A stretch of 64,000 nt of DNA from Candidatus Saccharimonadia bacterium (GCA_025449535.1 JANWJF010000001.1:4279-68278); one strand, 5' to 3'; shown: positions 27,163 to 40,262, counted from the first letter of the stretch. The notes: generated by a model from the sequence alone, not told the origin. Numbers and translations: made by a program.

Positions 27163-28974
27163 ATGACACCGATAGCAGAGACAGCCGGACCGTTGCAGCA
27201 CGAAGCCTTGATCGAACAGGTCTATGCGTCGTGCGACCCGGCAGTGGCGGAACAGGTGGTCCAGAACATCCGTGCCAACCCGGACAGTACCGTGACGGAT
27301 TGGAGCCGATTCCTGGGAGAGTCCGATGGCGTACGGAGTATCGGTTCGCTGGTCGATGAGACCCGGTCCTACGTCTCCCGGAAACTCGCGGAGGGGTACG
27401 TGCTGGATGGGGATATGGAAGGCGCCTTTGCGGCCTTCGCCGCCAACCCACTGGAGCGCCAGTCGGCCATTTACGCCATGCTCAAGCCGCCTGAGCGCGA
27501 AGAGGAACCCTCGGCTGCTCCGGCAAGCAGGCGAGATCATGGCCGAACCGAATCAGCACCGCGATCCGTCCGGCTGGCCTCGCGGGAGCTAAAAAGGCAC
27601 AGGGGCGCCGCTTCCCCAGCCGAGTTCTTCACGCCGGTGCGTCGCCCGTCAGCGGAGGCAGTACGGGCCGACGTCGATCCGCTGCCTTCCCTTACGGCGT
27701 CCCGGGAAGCAGCGGACCGTCTGCTCCGCCTGCGAGCCGAGAACGCCCCGGCCGAGGCGTTGCTCGTCGTATCGTCAGCGGTCGGCAGCGGAGACACCGA
27801 ACGCGCCTTGGAGCGGGCGGATCGCGTCGAGATGCTGCACGAGGCCGCCCGGCGGTCGATTGCAAGCCCGGCCGGGAACCGGCAAGATGAAGCGCGTACG
27901 GAAACGGCCAATGACAAACACATTCCTGATCCAGTTCATCGAGATCCTGAGCTTTACGCTGCAGGTCCTGATCCTGATCCGAGTCTTGTTGAGTTGGATC
28001 AAGCCGCATCCGAGCGGCCCGGCGGGACGGTTCCTGATCGAGACCACGGACCCGATCCTACGTCCGTTCCAGAGATTGATTCCGCCGATGGCGGGAATCG
28101 ACCTCAGTCCGATCGCCGCGCTGGTGACGATCCAGCTGCTGGCGAGCCTGGCGACCCGGGCGCTCGGCTGACCCCAGAGGAGTACGCTCGGATCGAGGGG
28201 TTTACGGAAACGGATCCGGAATCCCCGGAAGCGGCGGTAACGGTTAGAATGGAGAGCGATGATCGAATTCGCATCGAAACTGCAGGACCTCGGCGACCGG
28301 CTCTTGGACAAGCTACCGGACCTGGTAATCGCGTTGTTGGTCGGCTTGGCGCTGGTGGAGCTGGCGATCCTGGCGCTCGGTTACGCCTTGAAGGTGGCCC
28401 GGATCCCCAGGGCCTTGAAGCCGATCCTCTACACCCTGGCCCGCGCCTTCCTCTGGGTCGTGCTGTTGCTGGTGATCATCCAGACGCTCGGCTTGAACGA
28501 CCTGTTACTGGCGGTGACCGGCTCGTCGGTGGTGCTGGCGTTAGTGCTCTCGACGGGCGTGGCGCCGCTGATCTCGGACACGTTGGCCGGCTTGTCGCTG
28601 GCGGCGGACCGGAATTTCCAGCCAGGGGCGAAGGTGCAGGTCGGCGAGAAGGGGACCGTCGGCCACGTCTTGAGCATGGACATCCGGAAGACCCGGATCG
28701 AGACGTCGGACGGAAAGGTCCACGTGATCCCGAACTCGGTGATCGACAAGACGGAGTGGGTAGTGCTCGAACCGAAAGGCTCGAAGCCGCGCCGGAAGTC
28801 GATTCTGAAGCGGAAGTAGTTTACCCTGGGATTGAAGCGACCGATTCCGGCGATCACCGGGAGATGCTTCCGGAAGAACTCCCGGCCGCGACCGGGGTAG
28901 TAGACCCGGACGATCCGGCCCGCCGGCCGGCAACGAAGCGCCCCGACGTCCCAGCGCTCACCGCGCGGAACTGA
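27163..28974 (+). CDS. Hypothetical protein; only the first ~230 codons look genuinely coding, the rest overlaps yggT/mscS/T-box (probable lost stop)
   Basis: GC3-rich codons and protein-like composition to about 27860, then a -1-frame shadow of downstream genes. Confidence 0.5.
   Translation: MTPIAETAGPLQHEALIEQVYASCDPAVAEQVVQNIRANPDSTVTDWSRFLGESDGVRSIGSLVDETRSYVSRKLAEGYVLDGDMEGAFAAFAANPLERQSAIYAMLKPPEREEEPSAAPASRRDHGRTESAPRSVRLASRELKRHRGAASPAEFFTPVRRPSAEAVRADVDPLPSLTASREAADRLLRLRAENAPAEALLVVSSAVGSGDTERALERADRVEMLHEAARRSIASPAGNRQDEARTETANDKHIPDPVHRDPELYAAGPDPDPSLVELDQAASERPGGTVPDRDHGPDPTSVPEIDSADGGNRPQSDRRAGDDPAAGEPGDPGARLTPEEYARIEGFTETDPESPEAAVTVRMESDDRIRIETAGPRRPALGQATGPGNRVVGRLGAGGAGDPGARLRLEGGPDPQGLEADPLHPGPRLPLGRAVAGDHPDARLERPVTGGDRLVGGAGVSALDGRGAADLGHVGRLVAGGGPEFPARGEGAGRREGDRRPRLEHGHPEDPDRDVGRKGPRDPELGDRQDGVGSARTERLEAAPEVDSEAEVVYPGIEATDSGDHREMLPEELPAATGVVDPDDPARRPATKRPDVPALTARN
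27911..28171 (+). CDS. yggT: YggT/YlmG family membrane protein
   Basis: IRVLLSW, TDPILRP, IPP..GIDLSPI. Confidence 0.92.
   Translation: MTNTFLIQFIEILSFTLQVLILIRVLLSWIKPHPSGPAGRFLIETTDPILRPFQRLIPPMAGIDLSPIAALVTIQLLASLATRALG
28259..28819 (+). CDS. Small MscS-family mechanosensitive channel
   Basis: Three TM helices, SDTLAG, FQPG..V, T.I.T.DG..HVIPNS. Confidence 0.85.
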   Translation: MIEFASKLQDLGDRLLDKLPDLVIALLVGLALVELAILALGYALKVARIPRALKPILYTLARAFLWVVLLLVIIQTLGLNDLLLAVTGSSVVLALVLSTGVAPLISDTLAGLSLAADRNFQPGAKVQVGEKGTVGHVLSMDIRKTRIETSDGKVHVIPNSVIDKTEWVVLEPKGSKPRRKSILKRK

Positions 28975-29028
28975 CGGGAACCGAGGTGGTACCGCCCGAA
29001 AGGGTCCTCGCGTAACCGCGAGTTCTTC
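28835..29028 (+). ncRNA. Ile T-box riboswitch with ultrashort stem I
   Basis: CCGG-CGATCA-CCGG with ATC specifier (28853-28855), stem II GAAC..AGTA S-turn, T-box CGAGG-TGGTACC-GCCC-GAAA-GGGT-CCTCG; directly upstream of ileS. Confidence 0.9.
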
Positions 29029-32099
<3,071 letters not shown>

Positions 32100-32100
<1 letters not shown>

Positions 32101-33206
32101 TGGACCGATTCCGCAACTTCGACTGGTTCCTGATGGCCGCCGTGGGCCTGCTCCTGACGATCTCCGTGGCGGTAATCTTCACGACTACGTTCGGCGAATC
32201 CGGCGGAGCAGGGGACGCGATCCAGCAATGCCTGTTCGCGCTGCTCGGCCTGGGGTTGGTATTCGTGATCGGCGTGACGGACTACCGGGTCTTCCGCCGG
32301 ACGGCTGGCGCGTTGTACTTGGTCGCCCTCTTCTTCCTGATCCTGGTCGAACTGATCGGTACCAGTGCGCTTGGCGCGACGCGCTGGATTGACCTGGGAT
32401 TCTTCCAGTTCCAGCCCTCGGAGTTCGCGAAGGTCGTGATGGTTATCGTGCTGGCGAAGGTGCTCGCGGACAACCAAAAGACGATCGGTACCCGACGGAC
32501 GTTCTTCAAGACGCTCGCCTATACCCTGGTCCCGACGCTCCTGGTCGCGGCCCAGCCAGACCTCGGGACGGCGATGGTCTTTTTGGGTACGTGGCTCGGT
32601 CTGATCGTCGCGGCCGGCGTCCCGAAGCGATTTCTGGCCGGGACGGCGGGTGCGCTGGCGGTATTGATCCCGACGGCATGGTTCTGGTTCCTGCACGACT
32701 ACCAGAAACGTCGGGTGCTGACGCTCGTGGACCCGAACGCCGACCCGTTGGGTGCGGGATACAACGTCAAACAGGCCCAGATCGCGGTAGGGTCCGGAGG
32801 TCTCTTCGGCCAGACGCTCGGCGGCGGTACGCAAAGCCAGCTGAACTTCCTACCGATCCAGCACACCGACTTCATCTTCGCGGTAATCGCCGAGGAGCTC
32901 GGGTTCCTCGGCTCGCTTCTACTACTGGCCCTGTTGGCAGTCGTGATTTACCGGGCGTTGGCTATCGCGAACGGCGCCCGTGACTTCTTCGGCTACCTGC
33001 TCGCGATGGGTATCATGCTGATCGTACTGGTGCAAACCGTGGTGAACGTCGGAATGAACGTGGGGATCATGCCGGTCACCGGTATTCCGCTGCCGTTCGT
33101 CAGTTACGGCGGCACGAGCATCCTGATGGTCTTGCTCGGGGTGGGGATGCTGCAAAGCGTCGCCTCGGCGCACAGTAGGCGGAAGAAGCCCGTGTTTGCC
33201 GGCTGA
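32100..33206 (+). CDS. rodA: SEDS peptidoglycan glycosyltransferase RodA
   Basis: GATRWI, QPSEFAK, QPDLGT, HTDFIF, PVTGIPLPFVSYGG. Confidence 0.92.
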
Positions 33207-33247
33207 CGCGTGGAAGCGATGCCTGAAAACCGCTACACTGGGCTGGT

Positions 33248-33544
33248 ATGGCAGCATCAACGAAACAGGCCGTGATTAGCACCGGCGGCAAGCAGTACCG
33301 CGTCGCCGAGGGTGATGAGCTGATCGTCGAGAAACTCGATAGCAAGAAGCTGACGTTCCCGGCCCTGGCGGTCGTGGCGGACGGGGAACTGGCCGCCCGG
33401 AAGGCGACCGTGCAGGCGGAAGCACTCGGTGACGCCAAGGGGCCCAAGCTGACGATCTTCAAGATGAAGCCGAAGAAGCGCTCCCGCGTGAAGAACGGGC
33501 ACCGGCAGCACGGGACCCGGATCCGGATCACCAAGATCGGCTGA
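33248..33544 (+). CDS. rplU: 50S ribosomal protein L21
   Basis: AVISTGGKQYRV, GHRQ. Confidence 0.95.
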   Translation: MAASTKQAVISTGGKQYRVAEGDELIVEKLDSKKLTFPALAVVADGELAARKATVQAEALGDAKGPKLTIFKMKPKKRSRVKNGHRQHGTRIRITKIG

Positions 33545-33591
33545 CCCGGGCTCGCGGCGTCGGCGTCACGGCGGTACGATAAGGAAAACAC

Positions 33592-34362
33592 ATGTCCGTC
33601 ATCGCATTCGCCAATCAGAAAGGGGGCGTGGGTAAGACGACCACGGCGGTCAACGTCGCCGCGGCGTTGGCGGCGCGTGGCCGGCGGACGCTCCTGGTCG
33701 ACGCGGACCCCCAAGGAAACGCCACGAGCGTGCTGGCCAACGAGCGGCCCGGTGAAGGCACCTACGAGGTGCTGTGCCGGCAAGCTCCGACGTCGCGACT
33801 GATCCGCGGCAGCCGCTATCGGAATCTCGACTTGCTGGCCGCGACGGACGACCTGGCCGGGGCGGAAGTGGAGCTGGCGACGGCCGAAGGCCGTTACGCC
33901 CGGTTGTCCGCCGCCCTTGCCGAACACCCGTACCGGTACGTGGTCATCGACACGCCGCCCTCGCTCGGATTCCTTACCCTGAACGCGTTGGTCGCGGCAC
34001 GTTTCGTCGTCGTGCCGCTCCAGGCCGAGTATTACGCGTTGGAGGGGCTCGCCAAGCTCTCTGGGACGATCGAGAAGGTCCGCAGCAGCCTGAACCCCGA
34101 ACTTCGACTGATGGGAGTGGCCCTGACGATGTTTGACCGCCGGCTTAACCTGGCCAAACAGGTCGCCGAAGACGTCCGCAAACACTTCGGCGCGAAAGTA
34201 TTCGACACGATCATTCCACGTAGCGTCCGGCTGGCCGAGGCGCCGGGATTCCGGGAATCGGCGATGAGCTTCGACGGCATGTCGTCCGGGGCGACCGCAT
34301 ACGATCAACTAACGGAGGAAATCCATGAGCGCACCGAAGCGCGGACTTGGCAGAGGGCTTGA
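33592..34362 (+). CDS. parA: Chromosome partition ATPase ParA/Soj
   Basis: NQKGGVGKTT, DPQGNAT, DTPPSLG, EYYALEG. Confidence 0.96.
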   Translation: MSVIAFANQKGGVGKTTTAVNVAAALAARGRRTLLVDADPQGNATSVLANERPGEGTYEVLCRQAPTSRLIRGSRYRNLDLLAATDDLAGAEVELATAEGRYARLSAALAEHPYRYVVIDTPPSLGFLTLNALVAARFVVVPLQAEYYALEGLAKLSGTIEKVRSSLNPELRLMGVALTMFDRRLNLAKQVAEDVRKHFGAKVFDTIIPRSVRLAEAPGFRESAMSFDGMSSGATAYDQLTEEIHERTEARTWQRA

Positions 34363-35134
34363 GGCGCTACTGCCAGACGCCGAACCTAAACAAGAGATCC
34401 CGATCGCGGACATCATGCTGCCCGAGTCGCAACCGCGCGAGCGGTTCGTGGAGCAGGAGATCATGCAGCTGGCAGCGAGCATCAAGCATCACGGCGTCCT
34501 CCAGCCGCTAGTGGTGGCCGAGGACGGCGAGGGCTTCCGCCTGATCGCAGGCGAGCGGCGGCTGCGAGCCTCGAAGCTCGCCGGACTCAGTCACGTGCCT
34601 GTCTTCATGCGGAGCGATGACTCCCAGCGGCACTTCGAGCTTGCCCTGATCGAGAACCTCCAGCGCAGCGACCTCTCGCCGCTCGAGGAGGCCAAGGCAT
34701 ATGAACGGCTGCTGGGCGAGTCCGAACTCACGCAGGAGGCGTTGGCCTCCCGTCTGGGCGTCGGCCGGGCCAAGGTCGCCCTGAGCCTCCGGCTCCTGAA
34801 GCTTCCCGCGGCGGCCCAGCGCGCCCTGAACGAGGGCCGGATTACCGCCGGGCACGCCCAGGCGGTCCTGGCCGCCGGCCCCGAGCGCGGCCCGCGAGTC
34901 CTCGACGCCATCTTGGAAAAGCGGCTGTCCGTCCGGGCCGCCGAACGGTTGGCCAAGGGTGGCGGCGCGCCGTCGGCGCGTCCGGGCGGACAGCCCGACT
35001 GGGCCGAGGAACTTTCCCGGACGCTCGGCACTCAGGTCAAGGTGCGCGGCACTGCCAAGCGGGGCACGTTGTCCGTGTCCTATCACTCCGCCGACGAACT
35101 CGAGCGGGTCCTCGGCAAGTTGCGCCGCGATTGA
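34325..35134 (+). CDS. parB: Chromosome partition protein ParB/Spo0J
   Basis: GLGRGLEALL, QPR, IAGERRLRA, ENLQRSDLSPLEEA. Confidence 0.96.
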   Translation: MSAPKRGLGRGLEALLPDAEPKQEIPIADIMLPESQPRERFVEQEIMQLAASIKHHGVLQPLVVAEDGEGFRLIAGERRLRASKLAGLSHVPVFMRSDDSQRHFELALIENLQRSDLSPLEEAKAYERLLGESELTQEALASRLGVGRAKVALSLRLLKLPAAAQRALNEGRITAGHAQAVLAAGPERGPRVLDAILEKRLSVRAAERLAKGGGAPSARPGGQPDWAEELSRTLGTQVKVRGTAKRGTLSVSYHSADELERVLGKLRRD

Positions 35135-35135
35135 A

Positions 35136-35843
35136 TCAGGCCGGGGCGACGGTGAACGAGTAGCTCGTCGGCCGCTCGTGCGGCACCGGGCCGAACTCGG
35201 CCAGGGGATAGACCCGCAGCCAGACCTTGCCGACCAGGAAGTCCTCCGGTACCGGCCCCCAAGCCCGGGAGTCCGAGGACTTGCCGGGAAGCCGGTTGTC
35301 ACCGGCCACGAAGTACTCCTCCGAACCCAACGTCCAGCTCGTCTGGCCGCTCTCGGGCAAGGTGTTGGTGCCTTCAACCTCATACGGCTCCTTAAGCACG
35401 AACCCCTCCGGGTGTTCCTCGTTCACGATCACGAACTTGCCGTCGGTTAGTCTGACTGTCTCGCCGGGAAGCCCGACGACCCGCTTGATGTAGCTCGTCT
35501 CCGGCTCGGGAGGAGCCTTGAATACGGCCACGTCGCCGCGCTTCGGCTTGCCGAGTGAGTATGAGACCTGGTTCACCAGCAGGTAATTGCCGTTCTGGAA
35601 GTTAGGCTCCATGCTCTCCCCGACCACGAGGAACGGCTGGATCAGGAAGGCCCGCACGACGACCGCCACAAGCACGATGAAGGCGACCGTCTTGGCGACC
35701 TCCCAGACGGCGTGCAAGGCCCGTTCTCCCTTGGCCGGCTGCTCCGGCTCCGCGGGGATGTTCGCGAACGCCGGGTTCTCCGAAGGGTCGGGGTTCTTGA
35801 CCGCGCTCCGGTGCGGCGGCTTGGCTTTTGGTTTCCGCGGCAT
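35136..35843 (-). CDS. lepB: Signal peptidase I
   Basis: GESMEP, YIKRVVGLPGE, GDNR..SSDSR. Confidence 0.95.
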   Translation of the reverse strand: MPRKPKAKPPHRSAVKNPDPSENPAFANIPAEPEQPAKGERALHAVWEVAKTVAFIVLVAVVVRAFLIQPFLVVGESMEPNFQNGNYLLVNQVSYSLGKPKRGDVAVFKAPPEPETSYIKRVVGLPGETVRLTDGKFVIVNEEHPEGFVLKEPYEVEGTNTLPESGQTSWTLGSEEYFVAGDNRLPGKSSDSRAWGPVPEDFLVGKVWLRVYPLAEFGPVPHERPTSYSFTVAPA

Positions 35844-35979
35844 ACGGAACAAGCGTAGCGCATGGCCGTTCCCGGGGCCATGCCGTGCTTGCGGTCCGAT
35901 TGCAAACGGTGTAGGACTCGCTCTATGCGCGTTTTCCGGCCGACCGGGCAGCTGGTATCATTAGTCCTCGGAGGAGCGC

Positions 35980-37341
35980 GTGGTCAAACTCGTCACCGAA
36001 ACAGAGAACCAACCGGAACCAGCCAGGAACGAACCGGCGCGTCCGGAACACCCGCATCGGCGGCACTGGTGGAAGGTACCGCTGTTGCTGTTCTTCGCGA
36101 TGGCGTTCCTAAGCTCCGGCTGGTTCACGTTCAAGGTCGCGTCCGCCACGGACAAGATATTCACGGAGAACATCGGCGGCGAGGCGGTGCTCAAACAGCG
36201 GCTCAAGGGCGGCGACCGGGTGAACATCCTGCTGATCGGGGTCGGCGGTGAGAATCACGACGGTGGCGATCTCGCCGATACGATCCAACTGGTCAGCGTG
36301 GAGCCGGAGGCCAAGCGGGCCGTGATGATCTCACTGCCGCGCGACCTGTACGTCCAGGTCCCGGATTCTCCCCAGCAGGTGAAGATCAACGAAGTGCACT
36401 CGATCGGTGAGGACCAGGACGTGCCGGGAGGCGGGCCCGCCTTGCTCAAGCGCAAGGTCGGGGAGATCCTGGGGCTCGACGTGCACTACTTCGTCCGCGC
36501 CGACTTCGACGGCTTCCGCCAGATCGTGGATTCCATGGGAGGGGTCGACCTCAACGTTAAGGAAGCGCTGTACGATCCGTACTATCCGCTCGGGCACGGC
36601 TACCAGGTCCTCGATGTCAAGCCCGGGCGGCAGCATATGAACGGAGACCTGGCGCTCAAGTACGCCCGTTCCCGCGAGACGACCAGCGACTTCGACCGCA
36701 GTCGGCGCCAGCAGGAGGTGTTGGTCGCGACTCGGAACAAGGCACTCTCGGTGGCCTACCTCACTAATCCGACCAAGATCAGCCAGCTGATCGACATCGT
36801 GGGCGACCACGTCCTGACCGACATGACGCTAAAGGAGGCGCAGCGTCTGGCCGAGATCGTCCGGGACATCCAGCCGGAGCGCGTGACGAACCAGGTGGTC
36901 GACGGCGACAAGACGGGACTGCTCTATGACAGCGTCGGGCCCGGCGGCGCGTACATCCTGGTGCCGACCGCCGGCAACTATTCCGAGATCCAGGAGTTCG
37001 TGAAGCAACTGCTCGGCAGCTCCGCGGCCCGTAGCGAGGCCGCCAAGGTCGAGCTTCGGAACGCCAGCGGCGTCGAAGGGCTGGCCGCCGGGGAACGGGA
37101 GGGATTGAAGGCCTTCGGGGTCAACGTGATCAAGGTCGGCAACGCGGCGGAGATCGCGCAGCGCACCGTGATCTATGACTATACCGACGGCCGGAAGCCG
37201 GACACCATCCGGCTCCTCAAGGAGCGGTACGGCGCGGAGGTAGTCGTCCAGCCCCGCCCGAAGGGATCCGGCGTGGATGTCCGGGTCGTGGTCGGGACCG
37301 ACTACCAGCAGCTCCCGGCCGCCACCGAAGAGGCTTTCTGA
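35980..37341 (+). CDS. LCP (LytR-CpsA-Psr) family glycopolymer transferase with LytR_C domain
   Basis: NILLIG, ADTI, SLPRDL, DFDRSRRQQ, NASG..GLA. Confidence 0.92.
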   Translation: MVKLVTETENQPEPARNEPARPEHPHRRHWWKVPLLLFFAMAFLSSGWFTFKVASATDKIFTENIGGEAVLKQRLKGGDRVNILLIGVGGENHDGGDLADTIQLVSVEPEAKRAVMISLPRDLYVQVPDSPQQVKINEVHSIGEDQDVPGGGPALLKRKVGEILGLDVHYFVRADFDGFRQIVDSMGGVDLNVKEALYDPYYPLGHGYQVLDVKPGRQHMNGDLALKYARSRETTSDFDRSRRQQEVLVATRNKALSVAYLTNPTKISQLIDIVGDHVLTDMTLKEAQRLAEIVRDIQPERVTNQVVDGDKTGLLYDSVGPGGAYILVPTAGNYSEIQEFVKQLLGSSAARSEAAKVELRNASGVEGLAAGEREGLKAFGVNVIKVGNAAEIAQRTVIYDYTDGRKPDTIRLLKERYGAEVVVQPRPKGSGVDVRVVVGTDYQQLPAATEEAF

Positions 37342-38432
37342 TGGAACGCGTGCCGGTGGATACCCGGCCGCCGCGACCGCTCGGCTTGCGGTTCCTGGCC
37401 GTCGCCGTAATCTTGTGCTTCCTGGCGGGATTGGCCGGCGTCGCGGCCGGCGTCGCCGGATTCGGGGACGGGCAGGGTGAGGTGACACAGGAAACCAGGC
37501 AGGTCACGGTTCACGACGAGAGTGCGGTGATCGACGCCGTCGGCGCGGTCTCGCCGGCAGTGGTGACGGTCACTACCAAGGGAGAACCGACGTTCTTCGC
37601 GCCGGGCGGCACCGAGGCCGGCGGCAGCGGGTTCATCGTGACGGCCGACGGGCTGATCGTCACGAACAAGCACGTCGTCCAGGGTGCCACGGGCGGCACC
37701 ATCGTGACCGTCGCGGACGGCCGCCAGTTCGATGCCAGGGTCGTGGCCACGGACCCCGCGTTCGACCTGGCGTTGCTCAAGATCTCCGCCAAGGACTTGC
37801 CGGTCGCCGAGCTCGGCAAGGCCGATGAGCTCCGGGTCGGGCAAGGAGTGATTGCGATCGGGAACGCCCTCGGGCAATTCGACAACACCGTGACCGCCGG
37901 CGTGCTTTCCGCGACCGGACGGGCGCTCGGTAGCGACGGCCAGACCAGTCTCGACGATCTGCTGCAGACCGACGCGGCGATTAATCCCGGGAACTCCGGC
38001 GGGCCGTTGGTCAATCTTTCCGGTAAGGTAATCGGCGTCAATACGGCGGTCAGCGGCGGCGCCGAGGGTATCGGCTTCGCGATCCCGGTCGGATACGTCG
38101 ACCAGGCCATCGACAGCTACCAGCAACATGGCAAGATCAACCGCGGCCGGCTCGGGGTGACGACCCGGGCCCTGACCGCCCACGAGGCCGAGCAGAACGA
38201 GCTCGACGTCGAGGAAGGCGTCCTCGTACTGGCCGTCACCCCGGACTCCGCTGCTGCGGATGCCGGCATCCGCCGGGGAGACATCGTCCTGTCCGTCGAC
38301 CAGGCGGCAGTCGACCGGGGCCATACGCTGACCAGCCTGATCGCTTCCCGGCAGCCCGGGACGAAGGTCCAGCTGCGGATTAAGCGCGGCGACGCGGACC
38401 GTAACGTCTCCGTCATCCTGGACGGACGCTAG
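37341..38432 (+). CDS. HtrA/DegP-like serine protease with PDZ domain
   Basis: GSGF, TNKHVV, QTDAAINPGNSGGPL. Confidence 0.94.
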   Translation: MERVPVDTRPPRPLGLRFLAVAVILCFLAGLAGVAAGVAGFGDGQGEVTQETRQVTVHDESAVIDAVGAVSPAVVTVTTKGEPTFFAPGGTEAGGSGFIVTADGLIVTNKHVVQGATGGTIVTVADGRQFDARVVATDPAFDLALLKISAKDLPVAELGKADELRVGQGVIAIGNALGQFDNTVTAGVLSATGRALGSDGQTSLDDLLQTDAAINPGNSGGPLVNLSGKVIGVNTAVSGGAEGIGFAIPVGYVDQAIDSYQQHGKINRGRLGVTTRALTAHEAEQNELDVEEGVLVLAVTPDSAAADAGIRRGDIVLSVDQAAVDRGHTLTSLIASRQPGTKVQLRIKRGDADRNVSVILDGR

Positions 38433-39205
38433 AAGCCGGTCACCCGGTCGAGACCGGCCAAGTCGGTCATCGTCTTGGCGCGGAGCCCGAGCAACTTCCG
38501 TACGGCAGGGCCGTGGGACTTCCGGTGTTCCAAAAGGAAATGTCGGGGCGACAATCCGCGTTCCTGTAGCTGGCCCACGAGCTTCCGGATGATGTCGAGT
38601 CCGTCCCGACCGCCTTCGAACGACAGCGCCGGTTCGAACGGCGGTGGGACGTCGGCGGTCTCTAAGTAGGGCGGGTTGCTCAAGATCACCAGCCGCTCCT
38701 GAGCGATCCTTGCAGCTACCGCAGGCAGCCCGTCTGCCTGCGCGAGTCCGACGTCCGCGCCCAGGCGTTTGGCATTCCGCCTCGCCACCGTCAATGCTTT
38801 CAGGAAAATATCAGAGAGCACGACCGACACGTCGGGTCGTTCCAGGGCGACGGTGATTCCGATGCAGCCGGATCCCGTCCCGATATCAATAACCGTGTCA
38901 CCCGGTCGCAGGACGAGCAGGGCTTGCTCGACCAGGCCTTCCGTTTCCGGCCGGGGACAGAGGACGTCCTGCGAAACCTCGAAGTCACGTCCGTAAAATT
39001 CCTTGCTACCCGTCAGGTAGGCGACCGGCTCTCCGGCCCGCCGCCGTTCGGACAGCGTCGCGAACCGTTCACGTACCGCCCGCGGGACCGGTGCGGCGGC
39101 ATGGGCGAGCAGCCAGGTGCGGGGGCGATCCAGCGCCCAGGCCAGCAGCACCTCGGCGTCCAAGGCATCGAGTCCCGATTCGTCCAGTGTCTCCTTAACC
39201 GTCAT
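38429..39205 (-). CDS. prmC: Release-factor glutamine methyltransferase
   Basis: [20 protein letters not shown]; follows prfA. Confidence 0.94.
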   Translation of the reverse strand: MTVKETLDESGLDALDAEVLLAWALDRPRTWLLAHAAAPVPRAVRERFATLSERRRAGEPVAYLTGSKEFYGRDFEVSQDVLCPRPETEGLVEQALLVLRPGDTVIDIGTGSGCIGITVALERPDVSVVLSDIFLKALTVARRNAKRLGADVGLAQADGLPAVAARIAQERLVILSNPPYLETADVPPPFEPALSFEGGRDGLDIIRKLVGQLQERGLSPRHFLLEHRKSHGPAVRKLLGLRAKTMTDLAGLDRVTGF

Positions 39206-40244
39206 CCCGCGCGGCCTCGCGGAGCGCGTCGACGATCGGCCGGAGCTCGCCGCCGAGCGCTCCCTTGACGTTCGAGAAGGATCGCTTGACGCGATGATCG
39301 GTGATCCGGTCCTGCGGGAAGTTGTACGTCCGGATCTTCTCGCTGCGGTCACCGGTGCCGATCTGGCCGCGCCGCGCGTCGCCGCGCTCGGTCGCCGCCT
39401 CCGCGTCCCGCTTGGCCTTAAGCCGGGAGCGGAGGATCTGCATCGCCTTGGCGCGGTTCTTGTGCTGGCTCTTCTCGTCCTGACAACTGACCGTAATCCC
39501 GGTCGGGACGTGGGTGATCCGGACCGCGGAATCCGTGGTGTTCACGCTCTGTCCGCCCGGTCCGGAGCTGCGGAAGACGTCCACTCGGATCTCGTCGGGC
39601 TTGATCTCGAACTCGGTCTCCTCGGCCTCCGGCAGGACCGCCACTGTGGCCGTGGAGGTGTGGATGCGCCCGCCGGATTCGGTGGCCGGGATCCGTTGGA
39701 CGCGGTGCGTACCGCCCTCGTATCGGAGCAGCCCGAACGCCTCCGGCCCGTCCAGCTTGAACACGACCTCCTTGAACCCGCCGACCTCCGACGGGCTGGA
39801 GGACAGCAGTTCGGCGGCCAGGCCGTTCTCCTCGGCGAACCGCACGTACATCCCGTAGAGCTCCTTGGCGAACAGGGAAGCCTCGTCGCCGCCGGCCCCG
39901 GCCCGGATCTCCAGGATCGCCGGCTTCCCGTCGTCCGGGTCACGTTCCCGGGTCAGGTCGACCAGCTGGACCCGGAGCCGCTCCAGGCGCTCCTGAGACG
40001 CCGCTTCCTCTTCCACTGCCAACTGCTTCAGCGAGTCGTCGTCGCCTTCCGCGATCTCCTTGGCGTCGGCAATCGCTTTCTCGGCATGCGTGATCTCGCC
40101 CCGCAGGTCCAGCAGTTCCTCGAGTTCCTTCTTGCGTTTGCCGATACGTGCCAAGGCGCCGGCGTCGGCGGTCACCGTGGGATCCGCCAACTGCTCGGTC
40201 AGCTGGTCGTTCTCATCCTGGATGGCTTGCCAATCGACGGCCAT
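39195..40244 (-). CDS. prfA: Peptide chain release factor 1
   Basis: PAT specificity motif, [18 protein letters not shown]. Confidence 0.97.
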   Translation of the reverse strand: MAVDWQAIQDENDQLTEQLADPTVTADAGALARIGKRKKELEELLDLRGEITHAEKAIADAKEIAEGDDDSLKQLAVEEEAASQERLERLRVQLVDLTRERDPDDGKPAILEIRAGAGGDEASLFAKELYGMYVRFAEENGLAAELLSSSPSEVGGFKEVVFKLDGPEAFGLLRYEGGTHRVQRIPATESGGRIHTSTATVAVLPEAEETEFEIKPDEIRVDVFRSSGPGGQSVNTTDSAVRITHVPTGITVSCQDEKSQHKNRAKAMQILRSRLKAKRDAEAATERGDARRGQIGTGDRSEKIRTYNFPQDRITDHRVKRSFSNVKGALGGELRPIVDALREAARDDG

Positions 40245-40262
40245 GGTGCCTTCGGACGGCAG

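Noticed and set aside
33545-35135. parS site or replication origin near parAB
   Set aside because: No GTTTCACGTGAAAC-like palindrome or DnaA-box cluster was seen by eye.
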